A DNA stretch of 64,000 bases from Octopus vulgaris (lineage: Eukaryota): NCBI GenBank assembly GCA_951406725.2, contig OX597825.1:60016001-60080000 (forward strand), read 5' to 3'. The notes under the pieces were generated by a model, which was given only the letters and a program-made list of their open reading frames with translations, ran no database searches and had not been told where the DNA came from. A program made the translations under genes and the position numbers. How positions within the stretch are numbered: the stretch's first letter is position 1; each line of letters begins with the position of its first letter. Shown here in pieces: positions 44,294 to 58,617 of this stretch.

Positions 44294-44521
44294 CTCTTTT
44301 ACTCTTTTACTTGTTTCAGTCATTTGACTGCGGCCATGCTGGGACACCGCCTTTAGTCGAGCAAATCGACCCCGGGAATTATTCTTTGTAAGTCCAGTAC
44401 TTATTGTATCGGTCTCTTTTGCCGAACCGCTAAGTGACAGGGACGTAAACACACCAGCATCGGTTGTCAAGCAATGCTAAGGAGACAAACACAGACACAC
44501 AAACACACATACACACACACA

Positions 44522-44563
<42 letters not shown>

Positions 44564-44729
44564 TACGACAAGCTTCTTTCAGTTTCTGTCTACTGAATCC
44601 ACTCACAAGGCATTGGTCGGCCCGGGGCTATAGCAGAGGACACTTTCCCAAGATGCCACGCAGTAGGACTGAACCCGGAACCATGTGGTTGGTTAGCAAG
44701 CTACTTACCACACAGCCACTCCTCCGCCT
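44294..44729 (-). mobile_element. tRNA-derived SINE family A, full length
   Basis: Reverse complement of 23154-23580. Confidence 0.9.
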
Positions 44730-45119
44730 ATATATGTATTTATTTACTAATATAGTATATAATATATCTTACAAAGTTTCTTGTAAGCTGTTTAATTGAA
44801 GTCTTGGCTTCTGATGAATTTAAGATCCTATTGCAAAAGAATTTTATCTTTATAAGGTATTATCCTGTTTATCGAGAAATTCTTGCGTAATTAGATATTT
44901 CTAAATCTTATTTACTCACCTTTTTCTTTTATATTCTCCTGATAAAATGATTATTATCATTTTTAACGCCATCATCGCAGCTGCCATCGTCTGCATCAAG
45001 TATCATTACTATCGTCTTCCTGGTTATCAATTCGAGCATTATGTTAGTGATGACGTCACTGTTGTTATCATTATAATCATCCTAATAATCGTCAAGTGAT
45101 GATAACAACCATAATCTAA

Positions 45120-45161
45120 TAGTAGTAGTAGGAAAGTAGTAGAAGTAGTAGTAGTAGTATA

Positions 45162-45222
<61 letters not shown>

Positions 45223-45417
45223 ATTGCAGCAGCACCACCTCCATCATAACTTCCACTTGTAGAAGCAGCAACAGTAACAGCGGCAGCACCACCATTGCCA
45301 AGGTAATCATCACCTTCATCATCACCATCATCATCGACTGCATCATCGTCATCATCATCATCATCACCAGCATCATCATCACCACCACCAGCATCATCAT
45401 CATCATCATCATCATCG

Positions 45418-45452
<35 letters not shown>

Positions 45453-45926
45453 GTCATCATCATCATCATCATCGTCATCATCACCATCACCATCATCATC
45501 CTCCTCCTCATCATCATCATCATCACCACCACCACCATCATCATCACCATCATCATCAACATGATCATGATCATGATCATCATCATGATCATCATCATCA
45601 TCATCATCATCATCATCGTCGTCGTCGTCATCATCATCATCACTATCGTCGACGTGGTTATCATCACCACCACTGTCACCGCCACCATCACTACCACAAA
45701 CTATAATATAAAATATCGGCTTTCCCTCTCTCATAACCTTTCCTTTAACCATTAATTCTGATATTGTCTCAATATCCTACTTCGCTTCTTCATCAGTACC
45801 CTTCATTATCCTCATCACTAGTGCCTTCATCATTAATCTCTTTCTCCTCCTTCTCCTACTCGTCATCATCACCACCACAGTACATTGCCGCTCCTCCTAT
45901 CTGCTTACCCCTTCATCATCACCACC

Positions 45927-45957
<31 letters not shown>

Positions 45958-45965
45958 CCATCATC

Positions 45966-45996
<31 letters not shown>

Positions 45997-46009
45997 CCAT
46001 CATCCTCGC

Positions 46010-46044
<35 letters not shown>

Positions 46045-46067
46045 CCATCATTACCACCACCACCACC

Positions 46068-46101
<34 letters not shown>

Positions 46102-46149
46102 TCACCATCACTACCACCACCATCATCATCATCACCATCATCGTCGTCG

Positions 46150-46194
<45 letters not shown>

Positions 46195-46245
46195 CCATCA
46201 TCGTCGTCGTCGTCGTCGTCGTCGACATCATCGTCATCATCATTT
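45120..46245. repeat. (TAG)n, (CAT)n, (CAC)n trinucleotide tracts
   Basis: Direct reading; source of the poly-D/H/M ORFs. Confidence 0.92.
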
Positions 46246-47096
46246 TAACGCAGCACGGTCTTGATACTATAATCAATGCTGTCTATTAAATTCTCTGCAG
46301 TTAATCTCCACTGACTTCAATGCCAGCGAAGCATATATAAAGATTTAGTTTTCGAAAATTTATTCTTCCTGTGACATTTTCTTGTGACTAAATTTAAATC
46401 GATTTCTCGATTATTCAAATTTTGAAGAGAATATTTATCTTAACTTGTAATGTAAATATATGACTAACTTAATAAAGGCAGACAAGTTTGACTTCCTCAA
46501 TGTTTACATAACTTCAGATACATGATAACCAACCAATATTCAGTAACTGTGATGTGCACGAACAATCCTTAATCCTACGTTCGAACCACCGAGAGAACTA
46601 ATTTTGAGCTGTAGACATCTGTAACACACGGACAAAATTTCGTTCGTACTCAGTAGCATGTAATAACACACTAGGAAATCTCTAATTCCCAAGAAAATAA
46701 CTGGTTACAGATTTAACATTGAAACCTTAATAGAAATTACATATATATGGCTTCGTACTGATAACGTTCCATTATATTTTCCATCTACTCGGTCAGTTTA
46801 TTGTGTGTTTTTTTCAATGTTTGTTTGATACTAAATGGTTCCCAAAATGTGTTTATCAAAAATGTAAACTATGAAATCATTTGTTGGAACATATAGGTTA
46901 AAAGGCAATGTGTCCTGTAGTACAGTAACATAAAGAGGGGTTTTTAAAGGCTAGACAAACTGTAGTCATGCTATATCGAAACAAATTAACCAGTTGTTTG
47001 AAGAACCACAAAGTTTAACAACATCCTTATTGTTTATTATTAGCTATTAACATACATAGAAAACATAATTCAGGCGACAAAATCAGAAAATAAATA

Positions 47097-47662
47097 TTGG
47101 GTTGTCCGGAAAGTTCGTGCCGATTTATAATAGCTTACCTTTCGACTGATTTTAGAACATGGTGGAGTCCATAAAATAGGATTTGACTATACCTCCATTT
47201 AGAGCACAGTTTAAACTGTCTTTTCCTGGAAGAAGGTTTGTGTTCCTATAATCTGTGTTAATTCTGTAACCCTTTAAAATGGAAGATAAGAAAGTTCATT
47301 TTCGGCACCTGATGCTTTGTGAACCAGACAAAAATTGCTGCAGCTCGGCTGGAATGTGTTACCCCACCCTCTATATTCACCAGATATTGCGTCTTCGGAT
47401 TTCCACTTATTCAGGTCGCTGCAGAATAGTCTTAATGGTAAATATTTCAATTCCTTCGATGACGTAAAAAGATACCTTGATGAATTCTTTGCCATGAAAC
47501 CACCTCAATTCTGGGAAGAGGGAATTTTCAAGTTAAAGGAAAGATAGAGACGCATTGTGCAACAAAATGGTTTATATTTTGTTGTTTTAAAATGTAATGG
47601 CAAGTATTTATTGAGCGTTTACTTTCCTTTAAAAATCGGCACAAACTTTCCGGACAACCCAA
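47097..47662 (+). mobile_element. Internally deleted mariner with intact TIRs and TA TSD
   Basis: TA|TTGGGTTGTCCGGAAAGTT...AACTTTCCGGACAACCCAA|TA; MEDKKVHFRHLML fused to GWNVLPHPLYSPDIASSDFHLFRSLQN. Confidence 0.93.
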
Positions 47663-50600
47663 TATTTTTTCGCAGTCTTTGCATTCCGAGTTCTTGAGTG
47701 ATAGAAGTGTTATGTTTTAAGGCTTAACACGCTCTCCGGGTCCTAGCTTGTGTTTAGTGGAGTTCATTCTACTGAAAATATTCGATTCAATAATTTTTTT
47801 CACAGATAAATTCCCACTCATCAACAATGCTCAAAATTCTGAATAAAAATGTTCACGGTTCGCGCATTTAGCTATCTGACAAATGAGTAAAATATAATCC
47901 ACGACTCCTAATTGTTCACAATGTCCAGACTATTTTAAAGCTGAATCTTAAATTTTTCTTCAATCGCATTATTTCGTCAGATTTTTTGAATGCAGACTTG
48001 GCTCAGTAGTAAACAGAATTATTATAGGAAATTGTAAAGACGTCATTAAAGATTAGCTTTTGTGGAGATTCTGAAGGATTTGCCAGATCTATACAAGAAT
48101 GGTGAAAGTATAATTTTGTGTTTTCTCGAGACATATACTCTTCCTGCTGTCGAATAAAACGAAAAATTGTTATTGCAGCCAGTTCCCTAATCTCGTTATT
48201 TACTGCCGGGATGTACTCTAAAAATATCAATAGATATACTAGTTCAAAGTGCGTCCCCGATAATATTGTGCAGACGCAATGTTTACAATCATCGGAACAC
48301 AATGGAAGATACTAAAATGAAAGATATGCTGTGTAGCATGCCATAGCAATGGAACCAAACACTGTTAAAACACAAATAAGTTAGATGTGAAACGTGAAAT
48401 ATTAACAAGTCAAACAATATTGTAATCGTTTTTCTTTGTGCGAAAAATATCTACTGAAAACTAAGTCAACAAGTGCGGTGTTAACCCCCAATTTGAGACA
48501 TAAAAATAAATATTTTGTAGTATATGCCGAAAACGATATTTTTAGTAAGATATACTAAAGAGCGACATAAATGAGTTTAGAATAATATAAATAACTATGA
48601 TAATTTTAAAAGCAAATTTGCATCTAAGTTGAAAAACATTTCAGAGAAGGGCAATAATCTCATAACGTTCCCTGGTAGAGCAGAACAGTATATTTAGACG
48701 GCGCTGTTAGATTACGGGCACAGTCCATACTTTTGCACCTCTGAATAACCGCCACCTTCAAACTGCGTCTCCGTTTTGCGAAACTCGTTCTCTTTCTTCA
48801 AAACCATAACTTCACATGAACCAGTATATGGTTCTGCGAACAGAAACTTGCAAAACTCGAATCAAAATTGAACCCATTCTCCTGGTGTCTCCCCATGGAA
48901 TTTCTAAAACAATCGCCACACATACAGCACACACACACTACACGCAAATAGATACATATACAGACAAACACATACACACACATATATATATACATGTATA
49001 CATCCACGTATATATTATTGCTTTTAGTGTTTTATATAAGATTTTCCTTATACATGCCGATAACGAACTTTTTATTTTGGTATTTTCATATTTTAATAAC
49101 TTGCTCGAGAAGGCTATCTTTTGAATATGATGAATATTTATTAGAAATATTTCCTCTTTTTGGACACCTCAAAAAGTTTGAATTGTTGTACTTGAACTTA
49201 TTTTTTCTCACACATAATATGAATTAAATATATATTCTATATACATAAATTATATTTACACATGTGTATATGTATATATACATACACCCACACACATACT
49301 ATATATACTTATATACACATATGTATACGTTTATATAAGAACACATTTATACATATAAAACGTAAGTACGTCTTTTCTAACGCGTGCACATACATATTTG
49401 CAATAGGAAAGTTCTTTGGTCTCTAGTTGTCAGTCTTGTTAGATCACCTCTTTATCTGACACACGATATTTCTTAGTATGAAATATCATATATTTTGTCC
49501 ATAGGTATAAAGCCGCTACATATTTCCAATAGACGGGGACTTAAAATCACGTATTGATTTCTTACAAGTTACTTTCGTGTCATAATTTTTTAAAATGCAT
49601 TTTTATATAAGTTTTACAGCTTAATCATAGAACTCTGAATTTTAAAATAGTTAAAATGATGAGACATCAACATCGTCATTATCATCATCATCATCATCAT
49701 CATCATCACTATAATCATCATTATCATCATCATCATCATCATCATAATTATTGTCATTATTATTGACATTATTACTCTTATCACCAACGTCGTCTTCCTC
49801 GTAGTCATCGGTAGCTCCCCCTCCTCCTCCTCCCTTCTCCACTTCCTCCTCCTCCTCCTCCCTTCTCCACTTCCTCCTCCTCCTCCTCCTCCTCCTTCCT
49901 CCTCCCTACTTTATTTCGTCGCCCGCCTTGGAGATATACCAGTCAAATAATGAAATGGCGAGCATAGACAAATCTTAAACTAGAAAATACATTGTTGCTA
50001 CAATGCAGTCATTGCTCATGTTCGCATTGTTGTACTTCTTCATCTTGTAATTATTATTATTGTTGTTTTTGCTGTTGAATGAAAGAACAACACACGCCAT
50101 CAAATTGATACAATATACCCATCATGACAATCAGTCTGACATGGGTACACCAGGTACAAGTATCACAATCAAATGTGCAAGGCATGGTAATCTCATATCA
50201 AGATATACAGCGTGTGAGCTTGCAGATGTGGCCCAGATCGAATTTTCGTTACAAAGAAAAGACCATCCTGCCCAAAGGGATCCAAAATAACCGTTATGCT
50301 TCCAGGGGTTAATAATTCAATCCGCAAAAAAACTCTCTCAATTCATAGCTGTGATACTCCTCCACTACTTCTGCTCGTGATTAGAGATACACATATTATC
50401 AGCCATTAATTCACGTGTTCAACTAATTAGGAGTAAGAAGTATCCGACAAGTAAACTTGTGGAACTGAGCGGAATATTTGTTGTAGCCCGTCTTTTACAC
50501 TAAGACAAATCATGTACACTTTCAATCAGTTAAAATCAAGAGCCATGAGAACCCCAAAACCTTAGGAATAAATATAATAAATGGAGCCTAAAATAACAGA

Positions 50601-50679
50601 CAAGGCGTTGGAATATATACGAGTAAGCAATACTCATTAAAATTTATTTCTATTTTTCGAATGAAACGATATATTTTAA

Positions 50680-50824
50680 CTGTTTACATTATTTACATTT
50701 GATGGATATTTGTCCTCATCTTGTTTGTTGTTAACACAACGCTTCAGCTGATATACCATCCAGCCTTCATTTGGTGTCTTGGGGAATTTTCGAACCTGGG
50801 TTCTCATTCCTAAGGTATTTTCGA

Positions 50825-50879
<55 letters not shown>

Positions 50880-51040
50880 GTTGTTGTTGTTGTTGTTGTT
50901 GTTGCTGCTATTGTTGTTGTTGTTGTTGTTGCTGTTGTTGTTATTATTATTATTATTATTATTCAGGTCTCAGCCAGGAATCGAACTCAGTACCTTTGGG
51001 TTTCTAGCCTGCGCTATTAACTACTACGCCATATGCCCAC
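50680..51040 (-). mobile_element. tRNA-headed SINE-like element with (AAT)n linker and decayed HHR tail
   Basis: Minus head TGGCGTAGTAG...GAGTTCGATTCC; tail ACAC-CAAAUGA-A-GGCUG...CAGCU-GAAGC-GUU-GUGU (50734-50777). Confidence 0.55.
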
Positions 51041-51109
51041 GGGCATTATTATTGGAAGTAAGAAGGTCAGGATCGTGTAGGATGGAAGATTGCAGAGATA
51101 AAGCACTGT

Positions 51110-51570
51110 ACACGCACTTGAGAATGAAGGAAACTGAGAATAGGTATATAAAGCAAACCACCATAATCGGACTGGCCAAATACCTCGAAACAACCAACGA
51201 TTGGATGCTAAAACTTGTTGAAAAAAATGAAAGACCGACAAAATTTCACTCTATTCTGAAAGAGAGCAAAAAATTCGCTACTGATCTCTTAGCTACCTGC
51301 CAGATTGATCAGGTTGAAGGAAATGCGCCAACTGATGCTGCAAAGAAAATAAAATTAATTGCAAAGACAAAAGCCCATGAAAACTTAGCTAGCAGATGGG
51401 AACAGAAACCTCTGCATGCCAAGTATGTGGCCCGTAGCAAATCAGCTGATTTCGACCAGAAATATACACATCAATGGCTAAAAGCAGAGAGTGAAGGTTT
51501 CATATTAGCTGCTCAAGACCAAATCACAAGCCAATTTTATAAAAAATGGAGCTGACCCCAAATGCCGGCC
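51110..51570 (+). mobile_element. R4/Dong-clade LINE 3' region fragment
   Basis: IGLAKYL...DWMLKLV...WEQKPLHAKY...QWLKAESEGFILAAQDQ, then DPKCR. Confidence 0.8.
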
Positions 51571-51894
51571 TTATCGATCGCATTCTCACCTGGAATCGAT
51601 TTTTGTAATTTTTTCAAGACTTATACACGCCCTGAAACCGTTGGCAACTATATATCAAATTTGAGCGCAATCGGATGGAAGATGCTCGAGATCCTAGAAG
51701 ACACACACACACAGAGACAGAGCAGATTATATATATATATATATATACATATATATACATATACACCCCTACATACATATACAAACACACACATTGATAT
51801 ACATACATACATATATATATATATATACATATATATATCCATATACATATACACCGCTACATACATATACAAACACACATCTATACACACATTG

Positions 51895-51920
<26 letters not shown>

Positions 51921-51926
<6 letters not shown>

Positions 51927-52478
51927 TAATATCAAAGGGTAATCAGAAATATAGGAAATTTCCATTATCAGTGGCTTAGCGTGTAAATCTTTTTTCAATT
52001 GACTATGAATTTTTCATATAAATACAGTGTACTTTTAAACACATGAGGCATCCATCATTGGACGCCTTGCACTCTATAGAGAATAGTTAAATTCCAAGCC
52101 ACTATTAGGGATAATATTTCGAACGGAATGAAAAATATAGGCATTTACCATGTTTTTCATTCCCTTCGAAATTTTAGCCCTAATAGTGGTTTGGAATATA
52201 ACTGTTCTCTCTAGTACGCAAGGAGTCCTATGCATCTTACGTGTTTAAATGTACACTGTATTTTTATGAATAATATATAGTCGACTAAATTTTTCACACT
52301 GAGCCACAGGTAATGGAAATTTTCAATATTTCTGATTACCCATTCATATTATTAATTATTGATAATTTTCGAATTGAAAAGCCGGCATGCTTTAATCACT
52401 GCCGACAAGGAGCTGCGCTTGCGCGGTAGATTAAAAAAATTAGAATGTAAAAGCACGGGGATTATACTGGATTGCTTC

Positions 52479-52522
<44 letters not shown>

Positions 52523-52730
52523 TTAATTTAACGTGTACCTGCTGAAGAAGACTATTTGCTAAAATAGTATGAAACCACTGGTCCAGGAGTTAGATGGTAA
52601 ATGTTTTTATATTTCATTCCCTTCGAAATCCTACCCCTAATAGTGGCTTGGAATTTAACTGTTCCCTCTAGCGTGCAAGGAGTCCTATGATGGATGTCCC
52701 ATATGTGTTTAAATGTACACTGTAAATAAT
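51921..52730. mobile_element. Inverted plus tandem pLTR-like element in (TA)n
   Basis: 51921-52137 inverted vs 52151-52357; TTTCATTCCCTTCGAAA...TGTACACTGTA repeated at 52612-52725. Confidence 0.8.
52538..52587 (+). ncRNA. Minimal type I hammerhead ribozyme
   Basis: CCUG-CUGAAGA-A-G-ACUAUU(UGCUAA)AAUAGU-A-U-GAAACCA-C-UGGUC-CAGG; GUC cleavage triplet. Confidence 0.75.
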
Positions 52731-53139
52731 ATATATATATATGCATATTCATGTATGTGAGTGTGTGTGTCCCCATATGTATTTATCCTTGGTCTCTACC
52801 AGAAAGTGAAAATTTGTGTAGCAGGAAAAAGAAATCAAGCAATCTCAGCAGGACAGTTTCAGAACATTTTCTATTAGGATTACACACCTGAACAAACTTT
52901 CTGAATGCTTTTCTTCGAGTCTGCCGTGATTTCTGCAGATATACGGCATACAATTTTTTTGAAACCCATTAACTATGCTGAACGTTAATTCGAAAACCGG
53001 TGTACACATAATTATTTGTTTCTCTCTGTTATTTGTCTTAGATATTAAAGTTCTTTATATTCCACTTTCCAGTTTTCTTATATTCACTTTTTACCACGGC
53101 TACTCCTTGTATTTACTATAACTTTATTTCCCGTTTCAT

Positions 53140-53505
53140 GTATTTTCTTTATTGTTTTCGGTGTGTTTGTTTCTCTGTTTATTTGTCCGTGGACAAGATA
53201 TCTCAAGAACTCCCGGATGGATTCGAATGAAACTTTCAGTGGTGTTTGGCCTCGTAACTGCCAGGAACTGACTAGATTTGAGGATCAATCCAAGACCGGA
53301 GAAGGATTCTGGCTTACTTTTCCTGATTTTTGTTGTTACTTAGTATTTGAGAGCGGCCAGATTCAATTTTACTATTCTCGTTTGTGAGAGCAGACGAGTT
53401 TATTTCAGATATTCTCATTTTAAAAATCATCGCTGGCAAATCGTTGAAAGGACGTTGGTGTTGCGTTGGCGGAAGTTTGCGCTCTCTGAGTGGTCTTGTT
53501 TACTA
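53140..53505 (+). mobile_element. Non-autonomous Helentron-associated (DINE-1/HINE-like) element remnant
   Basis: GTTT/GTCC repeats, ATATCTCAAGAAC...GATGGATT..ATGAAACTT, and 3' GGCGGAAGT..GCGCTCTCTGAGTG stem-loop. Confidence 0.5.
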
Positions 53506-53682
53506 GTGTTTCTTTTTATGTGAATCATTCCAGTCTCTACTCATGCAGCAGTATTTCCATTTTCTCATAATTTCTATGTCTTCTTTTATGATTCAATAAA
53601 ATAATTTATAGGTATACTCGCTTTTATTACTATTGCCTTTACTATAATACTTATATCTGCTTGTTTCGTCCATACTATTTAC

Positions 53683-53721
<39 letters not shown>

Positions 53722-53835
53722 CATACATACATACATACATGTATACATACATACATACATACATACATACATACATACATACATACATACATACATAATA
53801 CATACACATACACACACACACATATGTTGTGGTGA

Positions 53836-55425
53836 AATACTGGTGTTGGTTGGACAGGTGTCAAAAAGAGTTCGAAGACATTAAAAAAGTGTTAACATCG
53901 GAATTGTCATTATCGCATTTTGATCCAAATCTTAAAATAGCAGTAGAGTCAGATGCTAGCAACAGTGGTAATTTTACACAAGTATGAAAATGGTAGCCAA
54001 AAACACATTGCTCATGCTTCACGTTCATTGTTGGCGGCTGAAAAAAAATACGACCAAATTGAGAACGAGGCATTAGCAATTTCGTTTGCGCTGATCCTAC
54101 TAAATTATGACTTTAACATGGAAATTTCTACCATCGAATAACTGGTACATGAAGATGGGCTGTCAAAATTGTTTCCTAAATACAAAGAACCGTTAGAGCA
54201 TTAAAAGCTGAAATAAAAATAAAAATATAGTCTGCAACTTAGTACGCGAACTACCTGTCGCTTTAGAGGAAATAAAAATTAAGCAGAGGAGGTTGTAATC
54301 ATAATGAAAATGAAAAAGAAATTAGTGAGGTCAGAAACAAATACAAAACTCATGTAGCCTGGCGTAACATATTTTCGAAGTGTTATTCGATGTGACGACG
54401 TACTTATGTACGCATAGAGGGTTGTAATACATGTTTCTTTGCAAAATCGTATGCTAAAAAATTCCACATGGGACATCCAAGGATCGCGAGAATGAAAGCA
54501 CTAATGAGAAGCTTCGTCTACTGGCTGAATATGGTTCAGGATATTGAAACATTGGTGAAAGCATGTAGGGGTTGTGCCCTGGCAGCAAATGCACCACCTG
54601 TAAAAATTCAACCTTGGTCAAGATTGCATTTAGACTTCGCTGGACTGTTAAATGAAAGGTATTATTTAATAGTCGTGGATAGTTATACGAAATGGCTGGA
54701 AATATGTAAATGTAGGAAGCCAACCTCCAAAGCAACAATGGAATTTCTGGACGAACTTTTGGCGCTATATGGCGTCTCAGATACTGTTCACGTCGAAGGA
54801 ATTAAAAAACTTTTTCAAAATGCATGCAATGGGGGATCGAATAGACGAGGAGGAAGTTTTGTCGACACGTTTAAGGCGCTGAAAAAATCTAGGAATGAGC
54901 TACTAGCTGATACTGAATCGACACAATTCTTATGTGTCTACCGAATAACACCGAACCCCAACACCACTTCAGGTATGCTGTCGGTTGAACTAACGTTCGC
55001 CAGGAAAGTCAGATCAGTGTTTAAAAAATTATTACCCGGGAAAAAAGAAAAATGGAGAGAAACATAGAAAATAAGATAAAATACTTCAAAATCGGTGACA
55101 AGGTGTTTTTTAAAATATGTAGAAATAGGAAAGTTGAGAAGAAGGTATAATAAATAAATGTTTGGTAAAAACAACATACATGGTAAAAGGTCATACATAG
55201 AAACACAAAATACATTAAAAATAACTGAAAAAAAGGTTTACGGAAGAAAGAAAGGCATGAAGAACCAATGCAATTTCTTTATGGCACTTTTGACGCCCGG
55301 GTACCTCAAGGAATAATTGAGCAAAGGAGTACAAGAAGTGAGGAGAGGTGGTAATGAATACATAATAAATAAAAGGGAAGATTCTGTGACGAAATCCTGA
55401 CACCCCCGTGGGATAGCAGGTGAAC
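53836..55425 (+). mobile_element. Ty3/Gypsy LTR retrotransposon pol remnant (RNase H, integrase), PPT and LTR start
   Basis: LSHFDP..IAVESDAS, IAHASRSLLAAEKKYDQIENEALAI, H-GHP...MKALMRSFVYW...CRGC and WSRLHLDFAG...LIVVDSYTKW; AAAAGGGAAGA followed by TGTGAC at ~55385. Confidence 0.9.
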
Positions 55426-56580
55426 AGTATACATACACATCCCAATATTACCTCTTAAATGCTAAAGTGTAATTAATAATGTTCTAATTCAAAATATTTT
55501 ATTAATTTCTAAATTATAGCTATTGTTATTATTTGCATTGTTGCTGTTACCATCATAGTCTTATATTCTTTATCTTGAACATCTTATATTATTATGCATG
55601 TGTATTAGTATGTGTAGTCCTGGCTATGACTTAAAACTTTAGATATCTACATCTCAGATGTTAATAATCTCCCACTAAAACACAAGACGACAGATTCAAA
55701 TCTGAATTATAACCCACTCCTAAACTATAATTCATTTTTTAATAACGCGGTGTTCTAATTTCAGTTTCATGTTCCTCTCACAGTTATCTTATTGACATCT
55801 TTTGTGTATGCCTCCTACGTTTTCTTCATCAACATTAAGAACCTTTCTATACCAGGAGCCCTATATCAAGACCAAGTAAGTTGTCTTTATGGCAATATGT
55901 AAAATTATTGTTTGTAGCTGTGTAACTATATATAAATGTATATGTGCTTTATCCCGGTTAAGCCTGCGAATCTCACACGAGCTATCCTTTAAAACTAAAA
56001 CACCCCATCATTTTAATACTTGCTGTCATTTGAACCCAATACAACTAGTCATCATAAAGCAAAATGTCAGCTGAAACCAACTCAATCTTGTTATCAAATA
56101 GTAACCGACCACTGGTTATTTTCTAGATATAATAATAGCTATAACAAGATCCCACATAAATTGACGGCCCTCGTTAGAGTCAACCTCTGATTTTAGATCC
56201 ACTAGATCACATTATCTGTGCGTGTATATGTCTGTATGTGTGTGTCTATAAATATTCCTATATACATACACGTATCTTAGTCTTGTATCTTTGTCATTCA
56301 ACAACACAAATTAAGTACTTCGATCTATTATATAACCTGCAAATGAATTAACGTATAAAATGTTGACTATTAATTTGATACATGTACATTTAGCATAATT
56401 TTAAAGTAGCATCATGATGGCAGGCTCTGAGACGAGCGTGTACCTTCTTGAAGTCCATGTACAATCCACCACTCGGGTTTCGATACGGTTAACAACGGAA
56501 TCGAATCAGGTACTTCATGCTTATAGAACAAACGCTTTGTTCACTCGGCTATAATGCGCCTATATACATACCAGCACACA

Positions 56581-56795
56581 TCTTTTCTACTCTAGGCACA
56601 AGGCCCGAAAATTTGGAGGAGGGGGCCAGTCGATAAGATCTACCCCAGTACGCAACTGGTACTTAATTTATCGACGTCAAAAGGATGAAAGGCAAAGTTG
56701 ACCTCAACGGAATCTGAACTCAGAACGTAAAGACAGACGTAAAACCTCTGAGCATTTCGCTCGGCGTGTTAACGTTTCTGCCAGCTCACCGCCTT
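56581..56795 (-). mobile_element. tRNA-derived SINE family C
   Basis: Minus head AAGGCGGTGAGCTGGCAGAA...GAGTTCAGATTCC; core CTTTGCCTTTCATCCTTT.GTCGATAAATTAAGTACCAGT. Confidence 0.85.
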
Positions 56796-56849
56796 GAACA
56801 TACAAACACAATTGTTAGTATGCGTATATGACTATGCCTGTGCATACAT

Positions 56850-56990
<141 letters not shown>

Positions 56991-57984
56991 CCTACAAATA
57001 TACATACATTCATGCATTTAGATATACATATATTTCTGCCCAGCAATATCGTCATCTTGCGTAAGTTATTCTTGGTAGTGATTAAGGTTTGGATTGGAGG
57101 TCATTGGTAGGTCATTTGGTGGAATTCAAATCAATGCATCATTTATTAATTATTGAAGACGAGATTTTGACAAGTGCAGCATCCCGAAATCTGAAAATGT
57201 CGAGAATTTATCATGTTACTTAACACTTTCTGATATTTATAGATTAATACTGCAGTAATAATATGTTGTATAAAGTAAGTCCTTTCTCTTTATAATTGTA
57301 TAGACATAATTAGTTAACCGATTTCAAAAGTAAACATTGTTCTCATGATAAATATTGAAATATTATTTGATACTGAATAACTACCATTAATCGGAAAACA
57401 TGTTCACACATTATATAAGAACTCATTAAGGTGTACTTAAGTAGAAATTATATTTCTTAACAAGGCAGATATTTAAAGGTTATTAATGAGGAAGTTTAAT
57501 AATGCGATTATGCTTCGGAAAGACGTTGTTTTGTTGCATGCTTCATAACGTTGTTGTTGCTATTGCTGATCACGTGTTCAGCTGTTGAAAGACAATTGCT
57601 TCCATTTTGTGGTATTATTATGTAGAGCACATCAGTATGGTAGTTTGTTTACATGTCTAACGCAATCAATAAACGTTCTCTGGAAAGTTTGGTGGTTGAA
57701 GCTATTCAAACAAATTTAGTTAAGAACTTGTATAAAGAGAGGAAAAACTACAATAATCATAATCCACCAGTACCGACTAACACATATATTCACAAACATG
57801 GGAATATATTAGTTAACTATATACAAACCACATCCATATTGTGAATTATACACACAAACACACACAAAGATATATATATATATAGATAGATAGATAGATA
57901 GATACATATACGTATATAGATATATATATATACATAAATATAAACATATATACACATAAACATATATACATATATAAATATTTA

Positions 57985-58022
<38 letters not shown>

Positions 58023-58038
58023 CATATATATGGTACAA

Positions 58039-58098
<60 letters not shown>

Positions 58099-58454
58099 AT
58101 ATCTATCTATCTACACTAATACATACACATACTGCGTAAGAATGTATCTAAATGTATGTACTTATGCATAATTTGAAACTAATGGCAGCGTGAGAGAAAT
58201 GCACTGAAAGAAAAATTATTTGATAAATTGCTTTTTCTTTCCTTAATATCTTTGAATTTCATCTTTCGTAGGATGATATATATTAAGTATTAACTCAGGT
58301 AATGTCCTAAAGTGACGAAATTCACTAACATACTTTCATTATAATCTTCTGCTAAAATTCAAGAGGGAAACAAAAACAGAAAAACATAATGGTTGTAGAG
58401 AATCAAAAGCGAAGGATATGCATTAATACTAAATACATAAATAGCGAAAGAGAG

Positions 58455-58502
<48 letters not shown>

Positions 58503-58549
58503 GTATATATATATATATGTATATATATGTATATATATATATATATATG

Positions 58550-58617
<68 letters not shown>

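Noticed and set aside
45039-46289. Long poly-Asp/His/Met ORFs
   Set aside because: Translations of trinucleotide microsatellites; the same applies to the YI/CV/YLSI ORFs throughout.
47880-48320. Possible hAT transposase remnant or exon (99-aa ORF)
   Set aside because: Only vague motif resemblance; no TIRs or convincing splice context.
50960-51040. tRNA gene
   Set aside because: A/B boxes only, no proper acceptor stem; better explained as a SINE head, as for the other tRNA-like heads.
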